Positions 1 through 12,700 of a stretch of DNA of 64,000 bases are shown one piece after another. The notes beneath the pieces are model-generated. The model saw only the letters and a program-made list of their open reading frames with translations, had not been told where the DNA came from and did no database searches. Source of the DNA: Raillietiella orientalis (Eukaryota); contig JAYWIR010000029.1 of the NCBI GenBank assembly GCA_036172245.1, positions 2,604,001 through 2,668,000 of the forward strand. Direction: 5' to 3'. Position 1 is the stretch's first letter. The number at the start of each line of letters is the position of its first letter. Made by a program: the position numbers and the translations under genes.

Positions 1-723
1 CTTATGTGGCTGAAACAGTCACAGGGCTGCGACGTACCAGGTGCCTGAGGAAAAATGAAGGGCAACAAATGTCCTGGAGTGGGAACAGATGCCTTCTGGA
101 ACTTCCGGGCATGGAACTGCTCTCGTTCCAGTCACTCGTAATCACTCTGTGTGTCCGGTCCCAACACTCTGTGTGTTACAGCGCGCGTCCGAACCGTTCC
201 GGCGCCTTCTCGGGGAATCAAATCTTGATTACTGCAGGGGGCTCCCTCTCCGTGCAGGGGGGGAGAGTAACGAACCTCGGTTGCTCTCGGGGACGCGGAA
301 CAGGTTACCTGATTCCCCCGAACCACGGTCCGAATCCGGTCGCCAGACGAGGCGCGCTTTCTCTGGGACCAACCGCCAGCAAAGGTGTTCCAAGAACACA
401 CCCTGAATCGCCGCATCGCCGCAACACAACCCGGGCGCCTCGCTGCAGCTGTGGTGTGCACGCGCCGTTGCGGAAGTAGGATCATCACCCGTCGGGCGAT
501 CCTCCGCCACTGCGTATTCTGCTCTCGGAATGGCTCGCTAATTGGCAGCGTCCCTCTCTTCTCCTTCGTGCGCCTCTTCGGACAAAGCTGCTGAGCTTTG
601 TCAGCCGGTGTTCCCAGCTGTACTGGGAATCGCTTAGTGCTCGGATTTTTTAAGGACACTCGAGGAACGCTCCTCATCTCCGGGTGGCAGGAACTGAAGG
701 GAGTGCTGCTGCTGTTCTTTCAG

Positions 724-3700
724 ATGCTTTGTGGCTTCAAGACGATCTTTTGGAACTCATCCCTGCAGTAGAAGAGGCGAACGCCATCTCTGAGGAGTTG
801 GACAAGAGAGTCAAGTTCGAAGTGTTGGTGGTGGCTCCGCAGTTCAACAGTAGCAACAGCAACAGCAAGGTAAGAAGAATCCAGGAGCGACCCTCAAAGT
901 CTGAGCAAGGTAGCAACGCCCCTGAAAGTTGCAGCACACGGTGCACCCAGGTTGCCAGGCGCAGCGCTCCGTGACTGCAAATTCAGGATCAACAGTGCGC
1001 CGAAAGAGCATCTAAACGCGGCGGCAAAAATTTTTCCCCGTTTCTCCGAAATCTTTCCTAAATTCTTCCTCCTCGGTCCGTCGGCCTTCTTTCCATTGAG
1101 GAAGCACTTCGGCTGGAGGATGACACGGGATGGCGTCGGTCGGGGAATACGGATGTCTTGGGGTCGTAGTAGTTCCTGCCAGAGCTCTTCACGGTTTGCC
1201 CATGACTTGCTGATCTGTACACGGGACTCCAGTGGAGGAGTGAAGGCCAGGGTTGGCTGATTGACCCTTTAAGGAGTTTAAGAGAGCGAGTAGCACACCT
1301 CAATTGGAATGACGAGGGAGTCAACCACGGGAGGCAGGGCGGGTGGCGAAGCCGCGCGGACTTTAACCGAAGCCGTTCTTTGTTCACTCCTCCGTTCCCT
1401 CTTCCAGCGAACACGCTGAAACTGGAGGAGACCTCCCAACTTCACGAAGGCTTTCGACGGTAACAGGGAGGTTTCGGCAAAGCGCGAGGAGCAGCAAAGA
1501 AACAAAAAGCAGAGGCGACAACAGCGGAGGACATGAGTTCTGGTGGCTGCAGGCTGGCGACTGGTAGCGCGTGACCCGAGATCGCAGATCGGAAGGCCGG
1601 TTAGCGTGGTCAGGCGAGCTGAGGGGGAACAGGCGGGAAGGAACAGCAACGCGTGTCGGGCACGCTCGTCTGGGAGTCCGTTCCCGTTTTCCTGCGGGAT
1701 CGTAGGGAACCTAGCGCTGCGGTGCGTTTCCGATGGGCGCTACGAATCCGAGCTACCCTACGCGTTGGGATAGGGATCTTCCCCGGCCCCCCGGCCAGCG
1801 GTGCCGATCAAAATCCCCAACGAGCATAGAAAATCAAGCGTACATCTATTATGTATATTAATGTGCAAATTTATTCACCATGCGTCTTTATTGATATACA
1901 CATTCATAGTGATGTTTTTCACACATATATTTATTAGTAATACATTTATATACTAATATACGTACTTGTTTGTAGATTAATGCATATTATAAAGATCATA
2001 TATGTGCATGTTTATTTATAGATATCAATATAGTTAATAATGTATTGATTATACATAAATATATCTTTTTAACATTGTAAAAAATAAATATACGTGCCTA
2101 TTGTGATACTAATATATATATATTTATATATCGATTAATACACAAATTTATTTTAACACACATAATGTATTAATACAACTAATAATACATGTGTTAATTT
2201 ACATTATTAATACATGAATGAAAAATTTAAAAAACAAATATATGCATTTATTATATGTATTAATATATATTTGTGTACATAACAAATATATATGGTATGA
2301 ATATATGGATATCGAATTATAAACACATATATTTATCAAACGAGCAAAATCCCGATAATGAAATTCATCATTTACAGAAAGCTGCATTTCTTGCATTTTT
2401 TTAGAAAACGATAGAAAAATGAAATGCAGGATTTCTATTTAGCTTTTTTAATTTGCTTGCTTTTTTCTATTTTTCTCCACTGTTTTTCATTGTAACCATT
2501 TCATTGTTTTTTATTTTTTTTAAATTCGATATTTACACATTCATCCCATATATATTTCTTATATGTATAAATCTATATTAACATACATGTACATATACAT
2601 ATAATAATCTGCACGAGCGCACACACACACATATATATAGATATAGATAGATAGATAGATACGTATTACATATATACATATAATATACATAGATACGTAT
2701 TATTAATTATACCAATAATTAATGATACATATCAATATGCGTTAATCACATTTTCGATATTTTGATCGGTCGGGATGTCGCTCCAAACCCCTCCTTAGCC
2801 TGAATGCGGTTCTGCTGACTGAGACGGCTCCCCTTATCTTCTTCGGTCTCCATGGCTACCTCACCTCTCTAATCCGGTCTTCGAACGGAAGATTCGTTTG
2901 TGAGAACAGGAATTTCATTACGCTTAGAACAAATCACGAGCACATGGGAGGATAGCAGGCTGATTTTCTCAGCAGGATTAATGGCTCCGCTATCAGGGAA
3001 ACAGGAATGAAAAACAGGATGAAAAAAAAAAAATCCTTAGATGTAGTCTTAAGAGAAAGGATTGGATACGAAATGATCGTATCTTACTAGAAATTTCATG
3101 AGTGGTAGAGAACATCCTCTGGTTGTACGTCTCAATTATACCTCCCCCATCTGTGGTCGTACACCTGCGTACATGTTGCAACTTGTACATTTGTTTATTG
3201 GCCCCGTAAATAATTACGTTTGATAATTGATTAACATGTTATGCACTTATTGCAACTCCAACGAGAGGCTTCTTCCGATTAAGTACTTTAACGTGGACGA
3301 TGACTAGGAAACTTGAGCGAATCACTAGCGGATGTTTACAAATCCAAATTCACAGTTGTTTTCACCACTGATGATGATGATAATGAAATTTGGTTTCCAT
3401 TGCAACCGCCTTATTGGAGCCTTGCGTTTCACTCCGTCGTTTTGAGGAGGAAATCCGAATCTCTGGGAGGAATTTAGCGTCAGGGCTTTTGTGCTTCTGC
3501 CGAAGCTCGCAAGATGGCGTTCGTGTGTACAGCTGCTGAAGATCCGTGCACTTATTTTGCTCCATTTATTACGTCGCTGTCTCTGTGTTTACCTCCGCTG
3601 ATGTAAAAGTTACCTTTCGTGGCCTCCGTGACGCCTTCCCCCTTCTTAGCCCTCCTCGAAAGCGATTCCCTTGTTCCGTCTTCACTTTCGAGCAGGGTCA

Positions 3701-6700
3701 CGTGGACTCCTCCCTCCGAATCGAAAATTCTCGAGGCAAGCAATTCAGAGGGGGTGAGGATGGAGGGCCAAAGAAAGCATCACCCACACGCGGTTTTTGC
3801 GAACCACATCCGCGGTCCTTCCTTCGATCATGACCTCAGGGTCGACCGTTCTGATTCAGGTGTGCGTCCGGATGAAAAATTTGGAGAACCAGATGGAGTA
3901 CGTCTGGAACAAGGAGAAATTCCTCAACCGTCTGTTTCTTATGAAGGAGATGTACGCCAAGTTTGAAGAAGAGGAAGACTGGCATCTTGCGGTGGTAAGA
4001 TAAATCACTGGAAAAAAGCAGTTCTGTCGGGATTCCGCCATGCGTTCTAAGGAGAAGGATCCCTTCTGGGAATCGGATGCATATGCAACGGAAGTTCTGA
4101 TAGGAGAGGCACACATCAATCTCCAGGCGCTTTCATACAGAGTAAGTGAAGGGCAGCAGCAAAAGTCAACCGTGGCCCGTGTCTTCGTAACCAGATGGAG
4201 GTGAAGGACTGGGCAGAAATAAGGAACAGCAGCCAGGAACGTCTCGGCCGCCTGCTTGTAAGTTTGTTTCTTTCGGCATCTGTTGCTTCCTTGCCTCTCC
4301 CTCTGCTTGCTTTTGGAAAGGGTTGGCATCCGGAGTACGAAGCAGTTTTCTGAGAACTCTTGATGTTCTTCGTTCTTCTCTTGCCTCTCTCGAGAGAGAG
4401 AGGGGGGGAGAAAAATCCGTTTCATCCCTCCGAATTCTGCTAGAAAGGAGAGAAGGAATGATAGAGATAGGAGAAAGATAACAGCTATACCTGTGACAGT
4501 CGAAAGAATCGCATCCCTGAAGCAGTGCATCCAAACATTGCTGTCAACAAGAAATGTTGGTCAATGGGAGAGAAAGTAAGAATCATTGTTAAGAAGAGTA
4601 GCATCATATTGTTCGTTCTGGAAGGACGAACTGGTTGTCGTCGAGTGCTTCGAGCACAGAAAACACGCGCATGGATGCATTCGCGAGTGTTTTCTGCACA
4701 CGTTGGCGGCCTTGCGGCAGCAGCCGCAGCCGGGTGGCTCTCCAGGCGTTGCAGGTTCCAATCCCACCCGGGGAAGGGTTGCCACCAAGCGTTGCGGGGA
4801 AGAGGCGCCGAGAACGGGGTTGCACCGTGGGCTTCGATTTCTCCCCTCAAGATGACTGGTTGGACCGCGGGCTTTGAGTGCGGCGGCACTGGTGGAAACC
4901 CCCGGATCCCCCCGTCTACTGGCCGCGATTGCCTCCGGGGTCCTTCCAGGAATCGAAAAGCCCTTCGAGGTTCCCTTCAGTGGAAGAGGAAAGAAGGAGA
5001 GGATCGCTTTCAGATTCCCTTTGGAGAAGAAATGAAGAGCGGCCCCCTACGGGGGGTTCCTCCGGAGAGTACAAGGAAGAAGTTCCTTTCGGGGTTTCCT
5101 CCCACTCCTAAGGGGAACGGACTCCTCCCTCCGGAGCCTTCCTGGATTCACAGGGTGGTCTCCTCCCGGGGTACCCCCTATAACTTGAAGAGTTACTGCA
5201 CGCACCCTCGGGCGGCGTGGACAGCGTCAGACACCCATAAATCTTCCATCCTTTCGACGGTTTCCTAAAACACTGACTGATAAAGTCCTTTGTGCCCTTC
5301 CACAAGCTTTCCTCCCATCAGTTTGAAGTCACCTGCAGGTTCCATCTTCCATCCGCAGTAGTCCTGTTTCTAAGTAGGGTGGTCCCCTCTCTGGGACACC
5401 ATTTAACTTGAAGAGCAACATGCTTCCCTCCCCCGAGTGGTTTGGGCAGTGTTAAAGAGCTTCGTGAACCGCACCCAAGGAGAGTTCTTCAGCACTTGGC
5501 GGGCCAAATCAAAGAAAACCCGAAAAGAAAAAAAAAGTTGGAAGAAAAACAGCGAAAATGGAAGAACTTCGAAGGATTTCCATCACCACTTACAATGCAC
5601 TTAAGAAAAGGAGAACCTTCGAGGACCTGAAGTCTCTGGAACAGACAGCAGACAGCAATTTCCGCGCACCTTCTTGGTGCTGTCAGACGCTTCTGTGGCC
5701 CGCCCGACTCTCGGACGAAAATATGATGAAGCTCTTTTTCTGGGGGGGGAGGGGAAGAGGGGACGAGGAAACGATGAACGCGGAAATCTCGGTCGATGCA
5801 ATGGCGCGAGATCGTCCGTCATCGACGAGAAAGTGGCGTGTCGTTTCGGTGCTAAGAAGCGATTGCTGCACGCAAAGTCTCTCCTGACAAGTCATGACAA
5901 GACCATGGCAGGTTATTGTAGCGGAATCACGAGTAGACGGCGACCATTTCTTCTGGAAGATTCGGAAGACTCATTGGCACCTGCACGACCGCCACGACAG
6001 CTTTCTTCCCCCGTTTCCGTTCGAATTGCCAGCAGCCGGAGCACGTGACTCCTCCATCGGAGCAGCCGCTTTCGGGCTCTGATTTCCGGTTCTTCGGAAA
6101 CCAGGGACGGTATCTCCCTTCTCCTCATCTTGGTGGACCTCGTTGGAGATATCCTTCCACCCCAAACATGCTTCCAAATCCCATCGATGTACAACGTCAC
6201 TTTCTGTGGGAGGAGACGAAAAGGAAGCGCCTTGAGACTGCTTGAACCTTTCCCCGATGCTGCAGTGACGGCCCAAGAGAAGCAGTTTCCAAGGAGCGAA
6301 ACACGCAGTTCGTAAGTGGATCTCTCCAGCTGGATGGAAAGGCCCCAAGCAGCGGTCCCCTGTTTCGAAGACAGCACGTTGCATTGGAACAGCCCGTTCC
6401 TTTTATTCGCCGATCCATCCACAGAAGCTATTCGCAGGTGGATATGGATTTCATGGTCTCCACTGCACCGAGCAGCAGGGCTTTCTCTCCGTCTTGGATC
6501 ATCGGTGGCGGGCGACGGCGACCTTTGCCCCCTTGATGTGGGCTTTTCTGATTTGAAAAAAATCTTGGGGTGCGCTCGTGTTTGCATGCCGAAGAAGAAG
6601 GCATCGGCCCTCGGGAAAATTCCGCGGCTATTAGGCTCGGCATCTTGACTAGCGAGGAAAAGAAACGCAGTAGCCACAGTAGCCACGTCTCGTGAGGAGC

Positions 6701-9700
6701 GCGGGTATAATGTATGCGACTTCGTGAGAGCTTCCTTTGCTGTTTTCTTTTCCCTCTCCGTTTGAAAGCAGACCTCTGGTCCTTTGCGAGACACTTCATC
6801 ATTCCTCATGGCAGTCCCAGGATGCAGTTCGCTGACCTCGCTGCCATCACTTTCCGACCACAATCTTGCACTCATTCCTTTCAAGGTGGAAGTCCTCCCA
6901 TGCGATTCCAGTGGCCGAGTGTACACCCCAAGCGACGAAAAATCCCTTGACAATCCGGAGAAGCTGATCGGAGAAGAGCTGTTTTTCTTCATAAGCATCA
7001 CCCAGTGCTGCGGCATCTCCAGCGAATACAAAGTAAGATAGCAAACGCTCCCATGGTAACCAGCATTTTCTCTTGACAACCGGGAGGAACCGCAAGACCG
7101 ATCTTGACAAGACTGTTGCTGCGCATTTAGCCGTGAAATATGGCCACGGATTTCGTGATGCCTTTGCCCAGCTTCCTCGCCTGATGAGAATGTGCAGCAC
7201 AAGGTTGCAAACTCCAGCAGACGAGAGCGGTCGTAATTGATGTCGCGTGTCGAAAAGTCACCTGCAGGTTCTCGTGTTAATTACCGCTCAAAGAAACCGC
7301 CTCTTTCTGCCTCCACACGCTTCGCGCGGTTGAGAAAGACGAGTTTTGCACTCCCTGGATGAGGTATCTTTCCTCCGGAGGACGTGAACTGATCCATTAT
7401 GAGTCAGAAGAGATTTCGGGACAATTCTCGTAGTCTTAATGAACCATTCTTTCGATGGAAAGCTCAGCCAACCTTTTATCGCTCGAATTCCGTGTGAAGC
7501 GAAGAGCTCCGAATATCTTGGAGCAGGGTCACACGTACATCGGTTGGGTTACAGAGGCGACCAGCTTCGTCGCCATCAACATGAAAATTAGTGTGTGCTT
7601 ATCACGTAGAAAGGGCTAAGAGACTGAGCTTGGGATTAAGAACGTATCCACGCATCTTCATCCCCTCCTCGACTCTGCTACTCAAGTGCCGACGCCGCTC
7701 GCTGATAGTTCCTTCATTCAGCTTCCTCGTGATCATGTTTACAAGGAATGAGTTACGTGTCCTCCCGGAAACGCACTTCGGCGTAGACAGGCATCTTTAT
7801 TGTAGCAGATTGCAATGCAATGTGATTGTGACTGACGTATCTCAACAAGGATTTTAAGGCTTTGAAGGAAGGAAGAGATCTGATTCGCGATTTTGCACAG
7901 CATCTTCGCTCCTATAAGACACGAGGATGGCCAAACGCGGGAGGCTGGACCTGCAGACATAATCTGCTCTTCGAACATTTCTCGGAGCGTGAGCATGCGG
8001 AGTCTCTTGAGGGAAAAAAAAAAATCATTTTGAAGGAATATCTGTTGTCGTCAGCCAAGAAGAACGGAATGCAGGCAACGGATCCACGAAATCTCTTAAT
8101 CAACTGAACTGCTGATAGCAGCGATCCGCGCTGATCTCTGTGTTCACGGATAAGCGATTCTACATGTGCATCCGTGCCATCACTGCACGAGGGGAGAAAG
8201 GGAAGAGGAAAACCGAACATACTGCGACTGTACGAGTTTGCCTGCAACTCCCTCGGAAGACAATATAAATGCCTGTCTGCCCTCCCAAAGATCTCCAGAG
8301 ACCTCATTTTTCTCAAGGAAAAAAATGAGATGCCAGGAAAGCGCTTCCCGCTTAGAATCGGTCAGAAACTCACGGAGAAACCTGATCGTGTGACTCGAGC
8401 GGAATGATCCCGGAATCTCTTGTTTGCAGGAGCTGCGATTTTGTCTTTTGCAAGTTTCTTTCTCGTGCAAACGCTTCTGTTGCATGCCAGGCACGAGGCC
8501 GGCATGAGTAAGGTGACGAGTGAGATGCGTTCATCTTCTCGCGTGTACATGGAAGAACAACTGCCAAACTATGCAGTTCCTCCGCTAGCCAGATGGCATC
8601 AGCGTGTCAAAATAGCCAGGAATTGCCTTGAATTCCTCCGGCTTTCTCTTCTTCGACGTTCATCCTGGTAAACCACCTTTCCTTTTCCTGCCGGAAAAGC
8701 TGCCCGCCTAGGTCATAAAATCAAGTGGATGTTCAAATCACTTGCTAAGCTGAAGATTTGCTAAAACTGAAGGGGATGAAGAACTTTCCCGTGGGTTAGC
8801 CTGTCCGGTCGTGTGCTGCATCCACTTCGTGAAAAGCGAGAGCATAGGAAGAGCTGAGGCACTGGAGCCGCCCACGGGAATGAACTTCGTGTAGGACCCT
8901 CATTCATTGCATATCGTTCGTTTAAGGTAGCTACATCTAATGGATGTTAGACATCTATAGCCATCTAGAGGCGAATTCCGAAATGTCACATCTCAGAATT
9001 GGACTCTGGGTGATGTTTAAAGCAAGTAAGAAGGATGATGCTTCATGGACCTCCTGATAAATGAAGAGGGCAAAATGGATGTGAAATGTGAAATATTAAC
9101 CAGTTTAATTTCTCCTTGTAAATGTGCAGCGTGGATTTAAAGACGACGATTCGTGTTCTAAGAGCATGTGACCCGCATCTTGTTCTCAGTGCCACAATCG
9201 AATATTTAGACTTGAGGAAAATTCTCTGGTCTTCTTGGCATCCCATTAGGGTTTTTATGACCTCCCTACTAGTTGCGCGCTAACTGTTAAGCCAGAATTC
9301 TTAACACGTTCAAATTCGCGTTCGCGTGACGTAATGTCGTCCGTCTCACCTTTCTGATGATGAGGGATGCATGATTCGGATATTAACACGGCAAAGATTC
9401 TGTGCCGTCTGTCTGTGGAAAGGCAAACTGCTGGCTCCTTTGTTTTGATCCCTGACTCCAATACTTTCATAACAAACAGCTGCTAATGATCAAGTAGAAT
9501 GTGGGCGAGAACTTTATCATGACTCGTTGCTTGTGATTCGACACTTATTATTAATGAAGATTACTCACGGGTGCACTTTAAGCACCTGCAATGATCTAGA
9601 ACCTCAACTTGAGAATTTTTGTATTTTTTTTTTTCATGTACGAATTTTTTTCTTTCTTTTCGTCAGGACATGTACTGCAGTTACCAGTTTTATTCAGAGG

Positions 9701-9792
9701 AGATGCCTACAGTGACCAGGACGTTACCAGATTCAAAAGAGGAAGACTTTGACTTCAAGAAGTTTTATTCGTATCAGCCTGTTACGAAAGAA
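724..9792 (+). CDS. KIF28P: Kinesin-3 family protein, KIF28P/KLP-6-like; internal stalk/tail exons only (partial gene)
   Basis: Six phase-compatible GT-AG exons: 724-869 (ALWLQDDLLELIPAVEEANAISEELDKRVKFEVLVVAP), 3860-3994 (VCVRMKNLENQMEYVWNKEKFLNRLFLMKEMY), 4052-4141 (EKDPFWESDAYATEVLIGEAHINLQALSYR), 4195-4257 (MEVKDWAEIRNSSQERLGRLL), 6886-7032 (VEVLPCDSSG...DNPEKLIGEELFFFISI), 9667-9792 (DMYCSYQFY...FYSYQPVTKE). The EANAISEELDK, W.KEKFLNR...MKEMY and DPFW motifs are typical of kinesin-3 stalks. The motor domain lies upstream of the window; I could not locate downstream exons. Confidence 0.85.
1804..2769. repeat. Very AT-rich block bounded by an 11-bp inverted repeat (possible decayed MITE/foldback element)
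   Basis: CCGATCAAAAT at 1804-1814 and its reverse complement ATTTTGATCGG at 2759-2769 lie close to the sharp GC-to-AT boundaries. The block contains TA-rich low-complexity sequence and a (TAGA)n run near 2638-2660. Confidence 0.4.
4701..5590 (+). mobile_element. tRNA-headed SINE-like element, copy A (diverged)
   Basis: B-box-like GGTTCCAATCC (~4754), core TGGGCTTCGATTTCTCCCCTCAAGATGACTGGTTGGACC, body GGAACGGACTCCTCCCTCCGGAGCC and tail AAGAAAACCCGAAAA...AAGGATTTCCATC. These match the reverse complements of copies at 14.7-15.6 kb and 59.1-60.1 kb. The ...TAACTTGAAGAG segment is duplicated internally (~5150-5230 and ~5375-5460). Confidence 0.75.
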
Positions 9793-12700
9793 GTTGGGTT
9801 TCATTTTTTTTTTTCCTCTTGAGTTCTTCCTCCATCGAAGTGATAAGCGTGTTTCAACTGTCAGCTGAGTTATCTTTCTCATTTCAACGACTCCTGCTTC
9901 TGGTCGTTTGTGTTTGACCGTTCACACCTCGTGATTTTCTCGTATCTGCCGCAGTAAGCTGTTTCAGGCTTCTTCCAAGCAAAGCTGCAGCGATAAATTG
10001 GAATGAACCGACTGCTGACCACAAGTGGTCAGTAACCTTCATAAACAGGATCGGTAAATTGGGCATTCCGAAAACGGTGTTCCCTTCCCGGAATAAAAGT
10101 GTGCTCTCGCTTAGTTATCCTCGGCCTAGGGAATACCAAGTTGTGAAAATCTGTGCTCCCCAACCCCAACCACCTACAAGGCGAAGGCGGGGAGAACGAA
10201 GCGTACGCATCACTCTTGGAGAGTCACAGGGCGTGTCTACACACAGCGTACATTCATGCGGACACTGCACGAAAGCTTGCGGCCCGCAGCGTCCTTTCGT
10301 GCAGTCTCCAAGGATTCTTTTGAATGGTTTTGGAAAATTTGATTTTTTTTTTTTCTTTTTCTTTTGGACAGGTTCATCCGATTGAGAAATAGCTGAGTAC
10401 CGCGGTTCTGTCTAGAACTCCATCTTTTCTTCTTCTTCTTCTTGTCTTCATAATCATTTGTTTTCTTTCATGTTTTATGGATGTACTTAACAAAAGAAAG
10501 ATAGTTTTCCCACTTTCCCTTGTATTTATTTTCCTTTGAGCACATCTCCAGCACTGACAGCTCGAGTCCGATAAGCCACCTAACAGTTATACCGGTGGCA
10601 CTAGAAAGCATCTGCGTGACGTAAAGAAAAGAAAAGAAAAGAAAGAACTTGGCTGTTACAAATGTGAAATTCAAGCAATTGGCATCCGCTGTGTATAAAA
10701 TCGTAGCCAACAGTACAGTTCTTAAACGGCTATGGGGCTCGTTGCGACAAAAAGGCTCCCTGATGCAAATGGATGATGTACACTCATATAGAGGATGATG
10801 CTATGTACAATGCGAACCAGTGTCAACTTGAAGAATGAACAGACCTAGAATATCATTCCATAGGGAGTTGCACGTGGCGTTTCTTTGCTCTTTCTCGCTT
10901 ATCCGAAAATCATTCAAGGATGTGTGAATTATGTTTGTGTACGCAGTGCTCAAGTGATTTTCGAGGATAGTGCAGACGGAAAAGGAAGTTTGGGGGTGCT
11001 GCTTTCCGCTGAGAGGATTTTGGTTTACTCTGTTTGTCCAATTAAGTGGCAGTTTCACTTTAGCTAGAATTTATTGCCTTGTGGCTTTTTCGTGAGGTTC
11101 GCTCCCTCATGTTCCGTTAAGATGTGTTCTGGTTTTACGCTCAACTTCCCATCTAACGAGGGCTTGACTTGGCACGAGAATGTACAAATACAAGTTGCTT
11201 TTTTCCTTTTTAAAGAACAGGGAATTCTTGAGAGATAAAGACTGCAAGCTCTTCACCTCTCCCAGTGGATAACTCTATGGAAAAGCAGGAAAATTCGAAA
11301 CAGAACATTCCATCTTGGAGAACAGTTTTAAGATCTTGATACAGAAAAAGAGAGCTTGGAAATGTTTGTATCCAAGGATCTTCCATTCTTCCAGAATGCT
11401 TCAGTATGAGCGTCAGTTGGTCCTCTGATGTTGTTCTCAACTGAGACTTAATGGGTAATGTTCTCCTTTGTCCAAGCTAAAACTGCCTCTGTCCGTGTTC
11501 GAGTAATTCCCGTTAGACTAACTGCGAAGGACTATGGATGAATGGGAAAGTCTCAACGCACCCATGTCATTAGGGAAATGCTTCCACCCTCCTAGCGTGC
11601 CATTTGCCTCGGTAGAATTAATAACTATGTTTAGCCAGCATTTGTCACAAAATCTCCAATGAGACAACACCAAAAAGTCAAACAGCATGACCAGAAAAAT
11701 AAAGTGTTGGGGCTGGTGGCGGCGGCAGTGAATGAAAGCTCGTGTGACACTTGTGGTTGAAAATCTTGGGAACTTTTCTGCAGTCTCTTAAGCGTTGCTA
11801 AAATGATGGTAACAAAACTGCGGCAATAAAATTATAGAAGAATAAAAAATCGTGGTCGTATTGGTTGATGGTAATGTGATGATGTCTTTCGTAACATGGT
11901 TAAACAAACGCCTCGATGGAAAGACTGACTATCTGAAAGCAGACCGGAAGAAATGAAGAAGAAAATTACAGAAGGGAAAATAGAAGAAGCATCAGAATTT
12001 GAGGAATAAGGAACAGGAACTTTAATGCAATGCTTATTTGATGAACATGTGCTCCCACTTTCTGCTCCTTGATGGGAAATTACATCACTCTGCCGCAAAG
12101 AGAACCTCTGGCTAGATGAACTGCTGCGTGGCTTTTCGAACGCTTGAAAAACTTTTGATGCTCTTTTATCGTAATGGACACTGCTACATGTAATTTCCCA
12201 AAAGTCAAAATCTACCACTCTTCGATGTAGAGTTCGTGTCCTTCAAGGCAGCAAGAAAAGCAAGATGCCCATAAATTTGCTTCTAACAAGGGCGGTTAGT
12301 GTTCCATGTAGAGTTAGCTGATAGAACAGAGCATGAAACCAAAGTAACAGGTATTCTCTCTGTCCCTCTAAAAAAAGAAGAAAAGAAAAGAAATGCTTTT
12401 TGGGAAATCTGTGATCCATGTAGAAGGGATATGATCCAAATCGGGAGACTTTTTCTGAATGCTGCACTCTGAACTGTTCCATATGTGGCAGACACTAGAA
12501 CCTTGAGGACTAGCCTTTTTACAACAAAGGCAGCATTCTTTCCTCTTCCTCTCAGTGTTGGAGTTCCTCCGGTTGGATAAGAATTTGCCCCACGACGCAT
12601 TTCAGGAACTCCTTTCCTTGTGGGTTCTTTCTCCTTTTACCCTTTTTAAGTCACAAGAACCACACTCGGTCGTCCAAGCTGCGAGGCAGCTAGAAATTAC

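Noticed and set aside
5913..7202. 429-aa minus-strand ORF
   Set aside because: It lies antisense to a kinesin exon and intron, has Ser/Arg-rich non-protein-like composition and no motifs.
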